From Geosiphon pyriformis uo1 (Eukaryota; Fungi; Glomeromycota): a stretch of 64,000 nucleotides of DNA. This document shows positions 36,763 to 50,299 of this stretch, piece after piece; position 1 is the stretch's first letter, and each line of letters begins with the position of its first letter. The notes under the pieces are model-generated. The model ran no database searches. It had not been told where the DNA came from and worked only from the letters and a program-made list of their open reading frames with translations. Location of the stretch: the NCBI GenBank assembly GCA_016748015.1, contig JAAOMT010000439.1, positions 145,527-209,526 of the forward strand, read 5' to 3'. A program made the translations under genes and the position numbers.

Positions 36763-37637
36763 TTCACTTGCACTCTTTCTGATCAATTCAGATTAGACCC
36801 TATTGTCTCATCTGCTCACTAAAGAAAAAAAAACGTTTTCAAGATCCTTTTTCAAAAAAATTAAGCATATTTCTCCTCATCTTTCACCCTTGATCTTTTT
36901 TATCATTATTTATATATTCATATCATTTTATTTTTTTGCATTTGAAACTTTCCACTCTTCTGATCTCTCGTATATCTACATACGAAACATCGAATTTCGG
37001 CGACGAGTTTCAAAATGGACAATATTTTGACCTTTAAAAGAATCATACTGCATATCAACCATTTTTAATCAATTACCGGGTTGGTTGGTTAGGCAATCAT
37101 CCATGTTTTTATGATGTGAATTGGGATTTCTTTATTTGGTTTTTCCTCAAAGTCGTTTTTTTATTTTATTTTTTTCTTGTAGTATAGTTTCCCCCTTCCC
37201 CTCCCAAATTGTGGCCAAAATTATAGACTATTATTTTTAACGTTATACATATTATTATTTTGTTTAATCGTGAACCACCAAAATATTAATAAATCAATTG
37301 TGCTATTTAAATCAAACCGATAAATCATTTGATTGATTCATTTCTAAAAATTTATACGCTATCATCATTTATTGAAGAATTTTATAATCTCAAAAGAGTA
37401 TTCATGGTAATGAGATTATGTCTTCTAGAGAGAATTTTGATCTTTGTGTGCTTGGACGAATCAAAGTCGAATACGTAACATTTAAATTTCATGATCCGAG
37501 CACTATTTTACAAAAGAATGATTACTGTGCAGAATTTTTTTACTGCACATATTATTTGTGTCACAAAAAAATATTTTTTGCATGGTATCTTGTAGCAGCA
37601 AGATAATTCCAACTTTTTTCCAATTGAAAAAAAGAAA

Positions 37638-40295
37638 ATGGTCTATCATAAAGCCATCGTCAAGTCAGTCCTCTCTGGTGATACTGTAATTCTTCGTGGC
37701 AAAGCCAATCAATCAACACTTGAAAAACAGTTGAGCCTTGCTTATGTCGAGGCACCAAGATTGAAATTGGGGCCAAACTCAAAGACTGACGATGAGCCTT
37801 TTGCGTTCGACTCTCGTGAATTTCTTCGTCGTTTACTTGTCGGAAAGGAAGTTTCTTTTTGCATTGCCTATACTACCCCCAATTCGAGGGAGTATGGTAG
37901 CATATTTCTTAATAATGGCGAAAACGTTACCTTTCAAGCCTTACGAGAAGGTTGGGTGAAAGTACGTGAGCGGAAAAATAAAGGTGATTCGTCAGTAGAC
38001 GAACTTGAGGTACTTTCGGTAATTGAAAAAGCCGCTCAAGATGCCCAAAAAGGTATATGGGGTGATAAGGAAAAAGCCTCACGCGTTGTAAATTACAATT
38101 TACAAGGTGATACGGCAGATTTCCTCAAAAAATACAAGAAAACTCCCATTAATGGTATCGTGGAACAAGTACGTGACGCTTCTACCTTACGCGTTCTTCT
38201 CTTGCTCGAGCCTCCTGAGCCACAACAACATATTAGCCTCATGCTCTCGGGGGTTAAGGCTCCCACTGTACGCAAGGGGATCCCAGATGCGGAGGATCTC
38301 GTTGAACCTTTTGGGGAGAAAGCAAAATTTTTCGTTGAATCTAAATTATTGCAACGAGATGTCAAAGTAATATTAGAAGGACAATCGGGCAACAATCAAG
38401 CCTTGGTCGGAACGGTATTGCTTCCAGGTTCTAATATTGCTGAAGATTTGGTGTCGAATGGATTAGCCAAGGTGGTTGATTGGAGCATTATGTTGGTCAC
38501 GGATGGTCCAGTAAAATTAAGAACTGCTGAAGCAGTCGCCAAAGAGCAGAGGTTGGGAATTTGGGAGGATCATGTGGCAAGGAGTAAAGCAGGTGGTGAA
38601 GACCATGAATTTGATGGGATCGTTACAAAAATTATTTCCGGAGACACTCTTCAGATTAAGGTCATTCGTTCTGGTGTCGAAAAGAAGCTGCAGTTATCTA
38701 GTATACGTCAACCGAAACCTAAAGATCCAAAAGTACCAGAGTATAATTATGAAGCCAAAGAGTTTCTTCGTAAAAGACTAATCGGAAAAACTGTTCACGT
38801 GATTATTGATTACGCGAAACCACCGCAGGATAATTTCGAAGAGCGTGAATGTGCTACCGTCAAACTAGGGGAAACTAATATTGCTGAGAAATTAGTTGAG
38901 AATGGGCTGGCTCATGTTGTTCGCCATAAAAAAGATGACGAAGATCGCTCTAGTTCTTACGATCAATTATTAATCGCCGAGCAAAAGGCCATTAATAACG
39001 CTAAAAGGATTCACAATGGAAAAGAACCACCTGTATATAAAATCAGTGATGCATCCGAGACAGCTGCCAAAGCTCGTCAATTTCTTCACTCTTTTCAACG
39101 TAGCGGTCGTATTGCGGCAATGGTTGATCATGTAGCAAATGGTTCAAGATTTAAAATATACATTCCGAAAGATAATTGCAAATTGACATTCCTTCTTAGT
39201 GGTATTCGTTGTCCTCGACTTGGTCGTTCTTCCTCTGAGAAATCGGAGCCATTTGCCCTTGAAGCGGTTGAATTTGCCAACCATAAAACATTACAACGCG
39301 ATGTAGAAATCGAAATCGAAAATGTTGACAAAACTGGCGGATTTATTGGAACTCTTTGGTTAAATAAATCCGAAAATTTTGCTGTTTCACTTTTAGAGGA
39401 AGGACTTTCAACAATTCACGAATACAGTGCCGATCAAAGCCCCTATACCAATCAGCTTTATGGGGCTGAGAAATCTGCAAAAGCTAGTCGAAAAAATATT
39501 TGGTCACAAGATCCTGATTCCGTGCAAGTTGGTGAAGATCTACCCGCTTCAGAAGAGAAAGAACCTCAGAAAGAATATGTGGATGTGATTGTTTCCGAGA
39601 TACTCTCTGGTGGACATTTCTATGTTCAAATCATGGAAGGAAGCGTTCATGCGCTTGAAAGATTGATGTCAGAATTTTCACTCTATCACAAAAATTCCGC
39701 CGATAATTCGCATGAGCAATTCCAACCTCGAGTCAATGAAATTGTGAGCGCTAAATTCACCGAGGACGATCAATGGTATCGTGCTCGAATCAAAGGTTTT
39801 TCTCCCGAGGCAAAAACTGTTGATGTTACATATATTGATTACGGTAATGGTGAGACTATACCATTGTCACGTACTCGTCCTATACCTCCCAATTTTTCAC
39901 AACTCCCACCACAATCACACGAGGCAGTCCTCTCCTTTCTTAAGGTTCCCGCGAAAGAAGAAGATTATGGTGAAGAGGCCTATGAGCGATTTCGCGATCT
40001 TGCTCATAACAAACAATTAGTGGCAAATATTGATTTTGTTGATAACAAAGTGCGTCATCTCACCTTATACGATCCGAGGATATCTCAATCTCCGGAGATG
40101 TCTCTCAATGCAGAATTGGTACGTGATGGCTTGGCTCTGGTAGATAAAAAATTACGATACGTCAGAGTTAATTCGAGCATTGTTAAAAAGTTAAGCGAAG
40201 CTCAAGAACAGGCCAAGAAAGATAGGCTTGGAATGTTTGAGTATGGCGATGTTACCGTTGATGAGGATGAGGATAAGGTTAAGCGAAAATATTAA
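37638..40295 (+). CDS. SND1: Tudor staphylococcal nuclease (Tudor-SN/p100), intronless
   Basis: VKSVLSGDT, repeated SNase domains (EPFA..REFLR), Tudor AKFTEDDQWYRA...YIDYGNGE, C-terminal GMFEYGD. Confidence 0.96.
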   Translation: MVYHKAIVKSVLSGDTVILRGKANQSTLEKQLSLAYVEAPRLKLGPNSKTDDEPFAFDSREFLRRLLVGKEVSFCIAYTTPNSREYGSIFLNNGENVTFQALREGWVKVRERKNKGDSSVDELEVLSVIEKAAQDAQKGIWGDKEKASRVVNYNLQGDTADFLKKYKKTPINGIVEQVRDASTLRVLLLLEPPEPQQHISLMLSGVKAPTVRKGIPDAEDLVEPFGEKAKFFVESKLLQRDVKVILEGQSGNNQALVGTVLLPGSNIAEDLVSNGLAKVVDWSIMLVTDGPVKLRTAEAVAKEQRLGIWEDHVARSKAGGEDHEFDGIVTKIISGDTLQIKVIRSGVEKKLQLSSIRQPKPKDPKVPEYNYEAKEFLRKRLIGKTVHVIIDYAKPPQDNFEERECATVKLGETNIAEKLVENGLAHVVRHKKDDEDRSSSYDQLLIAEQKAINNAKRIHNGKEPPVYKISDASETAAKARQFLHSFQRSGRIAAMVDHVANGSRFKIYIPKDNCKLTFLLSGIRCPRLGRSSSEKSEPFALEAVEFANHKTLQRDVEIEIENVDKTGGFIGTLWLNKSENFAVSLLEEGLSTIHEYSADQSPYTNQLYGAEKSAKASRKNIWSQDPDSVQVGEDLPASEEKEPQKEYVDVIVSEILSGGHFYVQIMEGSVHALERLMSEFSLYHKNSADNSHEQFQPRVNEIVSAKFTEDDQWYRARIKGFSPEAKTVDVTYIDYGNGETIPLSRTRPIPPNFSQLPPQSHEAVLSFLKVPAKEEDYGEEAYERFRDLAHNKQLVANIDFVDNKVRHLTLYDPRISQSPEMSLNAELVRDGLALVDKKLRYVRVNSSIVKKLSEAQEQAKKDRLGMFEYGDVTVDEDEDKVKRKY

Positions 40296-40435
40296 TCAGC
40301 AGAGGTTTCCTCTATTTATCAAAAGATATAATTACCGATGGGTCGCTCCTGGATATTTCTATGGCTGAACAATTTTTTAAAAATTTTCTTTGATATAAAT
40401 TGCATTTAATAGAAGTTTCTTAGTATAACATGATA

Positions 40436-40469
<34 letters not shown>

Positions 40470-40841
40470 TTATGATTTTTTTATTCAGATTCTTTTAAAC
40501 AATTCAAAATTATCTTTAACACTGAAATAACCCGTGATCAATCAAGCTTGAACGTCGTAATATTCAAACGAGATCTGATGGGTTTTCTTGGACACTATTT
40601 GATTCTCAAAGGCCCATTGTCTACCTTCTAATTATTAATCAGGGGTAATTGCAAAATTTTTATTTTTTCAGTCATCTAAAAGATTTCTTAATCCGCTGTC
40701 GTAAATTAATTATCTCAAAGACGCGATATTTGATAAAGTATAATCAAATTTGCAAAGTTCTTTTTTCCTGTTGAGAATTTTATTAAAGTGAAAGATAAAG
40801 TATAGCAAAAAATAAAAATAAAAAAAGCTAGGAAAGTATCA

Positions 40842-43331
40842 TCAGGCCCCAACTCCGCCATCACTTATACTGCCGTTGGTCCCATTTCGCTTCAGGGTGG
40901 AAGCAAAACGAGCCATTGACATTGCAGATTCTGATTTAATCCACCTCATTTCTACGAAAAAATCGTATATCCGACTGGTCTTATTCACGTCAATCTTTAT
41001 CAGCTCTCTTGCCTCGCGTCTTTTCAAATTGAATCCTCGACGAGCATACTCTTTGAGAATGGTCTCCTTTATTACGAGGTATGGTTTGGGATAAATACGC
41101 AGATGAGAGCACAAGGTACGCTCTGCAGCCGTGAGCATATGAACACATTCGGAATTTTCAAGATCAATAGGACCAGATTGCTTTCGCATAGGGCGCGATT
41201 GAATCTGCTAAAACAATTAACAGAGCATGGGAAAAGCCATCAATGGAAGTATAATAATTTTTTCTAAAATGTGTATAATTATAGTAATGAATACCTCATC
41301 CGTGCGAACAGGTGGTATGTCAACAACATATCGCGGTGCTAAACGATCACTGGTGGTACCAATATTGGGACGTGTTGGTGGTGCTCGATTTGCCTCCTGG
41401 TTATTATAAGGAGGAAAAGTTTTTTCAATTAATCACCGGATAATCAATATTTCCTCTCCATAAAGCCAAAATATTTATTACTCGTTGTAATTTATCTGCT
41501 TCATATTTTAAACCTTCTTTTTCAGTAGCTATTCCATTACGGCGCCATTCTTGTAATTTTTGAACCTCCGCTTGAAGACTCGCCTCCTCTAGAAATAGAA
41601 ATAGAAATAAATTAAAAGACTCCAAGAAAAAGCTGGCAGATGAGATAATTGAAGGAGAAAAAGGAGGCATAATATTCTGTTACTCACTCAAGATCCCTTC
41701 GACAAAATTCTCGTAATCAGTTTTGTTCATCAATTTTGAATATACTTTAAGCTTATTACTTATTTCACGCTCCTCTTTAGTGCGTTTTTTTTCGTTATTA
41801 GCAAGCTTTAATTAATAAGGCGTTATTAGAAAAGGAATCCCTATCAATCTTTAATGATTGGGAGCATAATTCAAACACATTTTGCTTTTCCCTGCTAACC
41901 TTTTTATAATCCAAAAGGCCGTGCTCAAATATAAGCCTTTTTTTCTCTTTCCGTCGTTGCAGCTTTTTGTTATACACATTTAAAGTGGCCAGCTTCAATT
42001 CAACTAATTTTGGAATGGTATAACAGGAAAGCAGGTGGTGGAGAAATTTAATCAGCGAGTTTGAAAAAAATAGATATATAACCAAAAAGCCATGAAAAAT
42101 ACATACTTTCTTCAGGGGTATTTTCGCTCTCAAACACCATATCTTTTATGAGTTGTTCAGCATCGTTTTCCGGTTCTTGCTCAAACTCGCATCGAAAGGG
42201 CATATACCCTTGAATTTCATGATTCGCAGGAAGACTTTGTATTGACTGATAGATAAAAAATAGAAAAAAGAATACAATATTGATAAATGAATATTTTGGG
42301 GCAATAGAAATAACAATTGTTCCGAACAATAAATGAGTGTTAGCCGAAGGGAAATAAATAAACCTTAGAACGAGGTTTTGGTTTTTTATCTAAATGAAAT
42401 AAAAGAAATTTGATAAAATATTTATTTCAGAGAGAATTGAATTGATGCCGTTTGAGACATCCTAATCATATTTTACATACCATTTCCACGTCTAATCTGA
42501 TCAATTCTTCGACGTTTCTGCTCACGATATTCAGTTTCGTTGACGTTGGGAAAACCCTTGTTCATGTTCTATATTATTATTATAAGAAATTTTTATTTTG
42601 AAGATAAAGTATCGATTTTTAAAGTTGAGATGGTCTCATCATTCAAAAATGAGTTCGATAATGTCGAAGTGTTGAAAATAATTAGGTCAAAGCTTACAGG
42701 GATGAAGTTCTTTGAATTTATATAATTTTCCAAGTAATGTTGTTGACATTCCTCTGGCCTCCTGCTCCCTATATGGGCGGCAATAGCAGTCCAATTGCCT
42801 AATCCAACTTCACTACAAGCCTCGATTAACATTTCTTCTTCTTCTGCGAGCCAATCTTGCGTGAAAATCGGAAATGAAAAAGTTTCCTTATTTGAATAAT
42901 AAAAAAGGTTTAACAAAGAGGGTGAATATCCTTCGTAACTACACTTGAATGCACATGGCTCTGCATGGAGATTGGGATTATTAATATTATTTTGGTTAAT
43001 GATTTCTGTGTTAAATAGTTTTAGATGGCAGTAAAACGAACATACGCGCAATAGCTGCAACGATATGAGGTGCGGTTGAATAATTCAAAATTCTTGACAA
43101 GATTCAAATGATTTTCTGAACAAATCCTCAAACTACACTTACCATCACGCGGTAAGGATGCCAGTTAAAGTGCGGTGGTTCTTTAGCCTTGTTTCCTTGG
43201 CCTTCTTTAGTTTCTTCTGGCCTTTGTTCTCTTCCTTCACAAAAGCATGAAACGCAAGAGTTATAATTGGAACAATCCACGCAATTGATGTGGGTAGTGT
43301 TGATTAAGGCGTTGCAGTAGCTACAGCGCAT
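40842..43331 (-). CDS. ADA2: Transcriptional adapter Ada2 (ZZ, SANT, SWIRM; multi-exon)
   Basis: CSYC..CVDC..CVSCF..HPYRV; DWLAEEEEMLIEA..GLGNW; GYMPFRCEFEQEPENDAE; KIDVNKTSRIYDFF. Confidence 0.93.
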
Positions 43332-44181
43332 TTTTTGAGATAATTCCAAACAGAGAAATTTTTGAGAATAGAATGTATTTCAAAATATATTTCCTGTCAA
43401 AATTTTCTTTTTCTTGGTTGACCAGAAAGTTGGTGGAGAAAAACGGAAATGCGGAATGGTTGGCGTTACGAGTTCGCGTAGTGTGCAGTTTTCACAATTT
43501 TTTTTAATTCTTAGTGATAATCCTGGGCTGGGTAAGTGCTACCAAAGTCATTGATCAATAGATATTATTGGCAAAAAAGGTCTGGGTCATAATAACAACT
43601 AATAAAGATCATACAGGTGGGGAGTTGTGCTAACACAAAAAAGGACATTTCAAATTAAAAATGTACGAAGCAATTTGAGAAATTTTCCATGAATTTTTTT
43701 TTAATTTTCATCTTTTAGTTGTTAATCACTAACAAACATTAGCCAAACAATGATACAGAGGAGATTATAAAGATCGACTTTCATTAATCTTTTTTCCTTC
43801 TTTCGGATTTTTGAAACTCAGGAAAACTGGTATGAAAAAATTGTATTTTGATTTGGATGAAATTCAGTTCTAAAATCTATGCCTATTATTTACGATTTCT
43901 GAAATTAAAGAATATTGATATGAGTAAAATAATTGGTAGAATGATAGAATAGATCAAGAGATAGAAGAAGAAAACAATTTTAAGGTTAGAAATTAAGATA
44001 GTGAAGAATGAAATGAGTTTCTTTGTAAATTATTTCAAAAGAAATATTTATTAAATAATTAAATTTTTTATTTAATATGGGATTTTATAAAATAATTAAT
44101 TAAAATTTTCGAAATATTAAATTAGTACTGGTGATTAATTTATTAAAAGTTAGGCTGAACTCCGATCTATGATGGGAAAAA

Positions 44182-46316
44182 ATGATGTTAATTCCCGGAT
44201 TTAGTTCCTTTTCTAATCTCCCTTTTTTAGTGTCGTGCAGGTTACTGAGAACCTCAACTTTTTACAAGATGAACGTATTAATTTACACTGGTCTAGGTAC
44301 TTCCTCTTTATCAGTATCCAACACTATTGATACTTTGAAAAATGTACTTGGGAACCACTACGATATTATCAGAGTAAATTCTCAAATTTTACGGGATGAA
44401 CCTTGGTCTGATAGCACTGCTTTGATTGTCATACCAAATGGAAAATTTCTAAAGTATCATGATGAAATAAAGGATGTGGTGAATGAAAAAATCAGGAATT
44501 ATATTAATAATGGTGGAAAGTACCTTGGTTTTGGAGCTGGCGCAAATTACCCCTCTACTCAAATTTTTAATTCCCATTATCAGGATGAATCTATTCATTT
44601 CCAACCTTTTGTGAAATTGGAATTGACTCATCAAGTTTTAAATAATTATAACCCGAGATTACCAAAGGAAATCAGTTTAACTTTGCCTTCAAATGAGCTT
44701 GCTGATCAAGTTATTGGCTACTTTGACGTTTCTGAAACGAATCCACATATTACAACCCTTGCTAAATACAAGAATAACACAAATCTAGGATGTGGAAATG
44801 CAGCTGCCATTGTTCAATATAGCATGGGAAAAGGCATTGGGATACTTAGTGGAGTTGATCTTGGGCACGAACCATCAACTGACCTTCAAAATGATTCACC
44901 TATTATTTATGCTTTGGGTAAAGGTGAACTTTTACGTAGGATCCTTGGAATTTTGGGATTGGCCATGACCACGGTAGATACAAAAATCTCAAAGATAACA
45001 CATTTACATGCATCATTTCAAAGAACTGCATTAGCTGATTTATGGTTACGCTCAGTAAATGATATAATAAAAAAAGAAGACAGTTTAATCAAAGAAAATC
45101 AAGAAATTATTTTAATCATTCAAGATAATACCTTGCCTATACAAAATAAAGGTGAAATCAAAGGTGACCAAGATCCTCAATCAACACTCACCAAGATTAT
45201 TGTTCATCGTGATGAACCACCTTCCAGAAAGATAACACCTTTTTTTGATTTTAATGAATATTTTAAATATTTGAGTAAAGCAAGAAATGAACAAATTGAG
45301 TCTCATCATATGGAATTCGGTTCTTCTGTATTGTATGGTGAAGTGATGGGAAGCACACAATCATTTCTAGACAAGTAAGTTAACTTTTCTTTACTACCCC
45401 CCGTCTTGAATTTATTACGATTGATTCAATTAAGAAATTTTTTTGATAAAATACGAAATAGAAATTTTCAATTTTCAAAAATCCAACCAACAGGTTTAGT
45501 TTGTGTAGCCACTCAACAAATCCAAGGTCGTGGTCGTGGTCGTAATTCATGGATCTCACCTATGGGATGTTTACAATTTTCGGTAGTAGTTCGACATCCG
45601 ATACATATTCCTTCATCATCTGTCGTTTTTATTCAATATATTTTGGCGTTAGCAGTGGTGGAAGCTGTTAGATCTAAAAAAGGCTATGAAGAGATTCCAC
45701 TAAAACTTAAATGGCCAAATGATATCTACGCTCAAATATCTTCATTTTCTTCTTCAACCGATCATGTTGATGATCCAAAGTTGGTAAAGATTGGTGGTGT
45801 TTTGATTACTTCTCAATTTGTCGGAAATCAATTTTTGATAATTGCTGGTAGGTTTATTTCTCTTGAACTTTGTTTTTCAATTCGATTTAAAAAATAGTAA
45901 TAATAATAATAATAATTTATAACTGTAAATTTAGGATGTGGTGTGAATACAAATAATTCGGCCCCTACAATCTCGATCAATGATATCATATCAAATTATA
46001 ATAAAACTCATCAAACCGAATTACCAATTTTCTCTCAAGAAGAATTGTTATCACGAATTCTGGTAAAGTTTGAATCAATTTACATTGGATTTTGTAATGA
46101 TACTATTAATGGTCAACCAGGATTTCATCGATTCCTGGAATTATATTATAAAAGATGGCTACATAGGTGTGTTTATTTCAAAAATTTTCTTTGTTTATTT
46201 CATTTTATTTTATTTTAAACTCTCTTATGATTCGGTTTTAATGAAATTTCTAGTAATCAAATTGTTAACATACAAGCTGGCGCAGTTATTTATAACCACG
46301 ATAATATTTATAACAA

Positions 46317-46397
<81 letters not shown>

Positions 46398-46587
46398 AAA
46401 TAATTTAAAAGTGAGAATCATTGGAATTACTCAAGATTTTGGATTTTTAAAAGCCGTTATTGTTGATAATCAAAAAGACAATGATGATAAAAATATTAAT
46501 ACACAGCCTTATCAAATTATTACTTTACAACCGGATGGTAACAGTTTTGATATGTTTAAAAATTTAATTACACGAAAAGATAAATAG
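44182..46587 (+). CDS. BPL1: Biotin-protein ligase (BPL_N, catalytic, BPL_C; 4 exons; start may be at 44269)
   Basis: MNVLIYTG, GGKYLGFGAG, QIQGRGRGRNSWISP, LKWPNDIY, KIGG, LQPDGNSFDM. Confidence 0.94.
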
Positions 46588-46750
46588 CTATAATAAAAAA
46601 CTTTTTATAAAACATTCGATTTACAATAAATATTTTGAATATCATTTTCCGAAACAACTTTCATAATTTAAAAATATTCCATATCTGGTTTTTTTCATTT
46701 CAATACCAACACTCGTAGACGCGTTTTTTTTTTTTTTTTTTTTTAGGGAA

Positions 46751-49521
46751 ATGGACCGTGTCGCTTTCAATGACAACCTTTTCCCGAATAATCAAGTTTT
46801 CTTGAGCCTCTTTTCTCCCTCCCTTCAGTTACGTCTCGACTTGAGCGTACAACATTCCGAAAGAACCATCGGAAAAGAAAAAGACTGTGATCTGGTAATC
46901 CCAGACTACTTCAACCAAGTTTCTGGACGCCATTGTACAGTTTACTTGGTAATAGAGAGTTGACGAAGTCACACTGGTTCAATCTTCCACCGCCATATAT
47001 GCCAACAAGCTGCACCTCAAAATGTCTTGACAGGTATCATCCAATAATGAAATGTTCCAGTCAAAAATAAAAAATTATAGCCCATTTGGAACATTCGTTA
47101 ACGGCCTAGATGTTGGGTGTGATAAACTTTACGATCTTAACGACGGCGATCGAGTAACATTGGGTCCGCAACCTGGTTTAGGTACCGAAATTTTACCTTA
47201 AAAACATTGTTGTTGTTTTTTTTTTTTTTTCTGAATTCCATAAAAACTTTATACCCATTTCTTACATGACTCGTTTTTTAATAAATTCAGAATTTATCCT
47301 CTGTAAAAATGCAAAATGGGTAAATACCAATTCGTCGGAAAATGGACACGTAGGAAATTTAAGTTAACTTTGATTGAATTGGAATTCAATTAATACTTAA
47401 AATCCCTTTAATCAATTTTATTAACAAAAAAAAAACCATAAATTCACAGAGTGTTCCTCCTTCTATGGGTAGGTTCGAGATTTTGGAACATAAAGAACTC
47501 GGACGGTAAATATCAACCCTCAAATCTCCAAAAAAGATTTGACTTGATGTTAAATTTTATTCGAATTTTTTTCTTGCCCCAGTGGATCGTTTGCTTCTGT
47601 ATATCTTGCCAGGGATATTACCACAGGCGTTTTGGTCGCCTGCAAAGATTTACAACTCGGTGGAACGATCAATCTAAATACAATTAAACGTCTTCTTCAA
47701 GAAGCAGAGATAATGAAGAAGCTTGATCATCCCAATATCGTTTCCCTTGTCGACTGCTATCAAAACATTGGAAAGCTATGGATATTTACTGACCTGATGA
47801 CAGGTGGTGATCTAAAGACTTTCATTTCAAATAATCACGGAAAACGTGGCGAGTTATCATACCGGGAGAAGTGCCAAGAATTCAGTCGTCAAATATGTGA
47901 TGCTCTTGAGGTATGAATTTTTTTTTATACTAAAATTTCCAATATATAAATTAATCCAAAATACCGTTTATTAGTACCTACACAGCAAGAATGTTATGCA
48001 TCGGGATATAAAACCCGATAACATATTGCTGGTGGATCAAACCGAGCAACAGGTCAAGATAACAGACTTCGGTTTGGCCAAATATTTCAATCCGCTTCAA
48101 ACAAATATGTCTCAAGTTGGCACACCTTTATATCAAGCCCCGGAACTATTCTTGTTTCAAAGCTACAGCAATACAGTAGATATGTGGTCTTTCGGCGCTG
48201 TGGTTTATCATATGCTCACCGGGGATCCCCCTTTCCCCGAGGATAACTATGCTATGTTGAAGGAACTGGTTATTAATGCTGAAGTTGACTACTCTAGATT
48301 GTTAATATCGTGTCAAACATTAGCCGTCCATTTTATTCAAGGATTATTGAATAAAAATCCAAATGAGAGAAAAACCGCAAAAGAAGCGCTTCAGCATTCC
48401 TATATGAAAAAAGTATGTAAATTTTTGTAATTAGGACAAACATTCCAACTCACGAAAAGCTAATTTCTTGAAATATGTGTGGTTAAAAACATCTAGAGGT
48501 CATATCAACTAAGAAGTTATACCAAGATTTCAGGCTCAAATCTTGCCTTAAATACCTCTGTAACTCTTGAGCCGATTCCGATCCAATCCAGCGCAGAATT
48601 AATCCATTCTACGTCATCTTTCTCCACAATAAAATCCATTCCTATACATATCCCTTCTCGCACGTTAGTTCATAGAGCCAAAATACCTTCTTCGCGACAA
48701 AATAAAAGCGTCAAGGGAACCAAGAAAAAGGTATATATTCTATGTTCTCACTAAGCTTAATTGAGTGGATACTACAAATTTCATCTTGGATATATTTCTT
48801 ATGAGAATTCATTCGATAATAATCAAACTAATAGAAACAAAACTCAGACGTTAATATGTGGGGCACTCTTCAAGAATTTCCTAATGGAAAAACCATTTTA
48901 TTAAACGAAGAGGAATACATAATAGGACGGGGTGAAGGTGATGGGATGTCTCTTTTTCAGCTGTATGAGCTTAACATTACCATTTTGAATTTTTTTTATA
49001 AAAGCACATGAAGCTAACCAATCAATCAATCAATCCTTTTTTTTTGTTACAAATTTAGACTGTCATCCTTCGGTAACATTTTTCAAACATATCGCGCTCA
49101 GTAAACAACGTAAAATCTAGTTTCTAATTGACAGATTCAAGTGACTTGGGAAAAGTTTATCAACTCTATTCTCAATATTTCCAAAAATTTAGACGCAGTT
49201 ATCTCTTTTGAGAACGGTAAAGCATATTTACGAGATACATCCACCAATGGCACCTGGGTACAAGGAGAAAAACTCGGGAAAAATAAAAGGAAGGAGCTAC
49301 ATGGTGGAGAGACAATATACTTTGTTCATGTCGCATCAAATTTACGCAGGGATTTAAAAGGTATTTTGTTTTTCATGTACTTCAACCGTTTTCATCTTGA
49401 TAATTAATTTCTTTCCATTACTTTTATAAATTCTCAAATTTTTATTATCTACTTGTAGAATTGACTCAGGGAAATTTAATATTCAGGTTTTTTTATTTTG
49501 GGTAAAAATCATGATCCATAA
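46751..49521 (+). CDS. FHA-Ser/Thr kinase-FHA protein, Rad53/Chk2-like (multi-exon)
   Basis: N-terminal FHA (IGK..DCD..VSGRH..SPFGTFVNG), kinase (VACK, HRDIKPDN, DFG, APE), second FHA (IIGRG...LRDTSTNGTWV). Confidence 0.88.
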
Positions 49522-50299
49522 TAAAATTTTGAATTGGTTTGCTTTGTCATCCAAGAATGGCGGAACCTAACTAAATCCCTGTTTCTTTAAACCATTATTA
49601 TAGTCGAGAGCCAATTTATACGGACGTTCAACTTATGAAATGAGTATATCCCGATATTCGTGCTAGTTCAAGACCACAAAGATTATTTCGTTTATTATCA
49701 GGTTTTGTTAATGTGTACCATTGCATTTGTAGAGTATAATTATTTTGGGCCACTTCTCAATCTCCTAAAGTCGAAACGCAGGTGAAATTAGGTCGGAGTT
49801 TGAATTCTCATAATTACGTAATATTTTTTCAATGCTTCCTCGTTAAATTGTGTAAATATAATTTTCAGGTAAAATCTAATTTGAGGTTATCGAGACATTT
49901 CTCAGATCCCCAGCTTGTGATTCTCGTCAATAAAAATAATAGGATTGTAAAAAAACGAGTTTCCAAATATTTTGAGACAACAAACAAAATATTTTCATAA
50001 TGTGACAAAGCAAACATTTACACGTCAACACGTCATCTTGTCTATTTGTTTGCAAATAAAATTATGTAATTTAATTTATAATAATTTACTTTCAAATTAA
50101 TATATCTATTATAATTAGTGTTAAAGTTAACGAAGATGGATAATTATAATCGATATCATATTCATCATCATATACTCGGATGGATTGAGTCGTACAGAAA
50201 GTGTTTAAGATTAGAGTATACAATCTTATAATAACAAGTGTAGCATAAAGTTAATATTCCCAATATATATAACATATTTGAAACTTTTATCTGTTTTTA

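Noticed and set aside
46070-46408. 112 aa ORF with poly-Thr/poly-Ile
   Set aside because: Off-frame reading of the BPL1 AAC/AAT microsatellite
46585-46593. BPL1 stop followed by CTA (TAG CTA TAA) as another readthrough
   Set aside because: UAG rather than UGA, and the next stop follows after one codon
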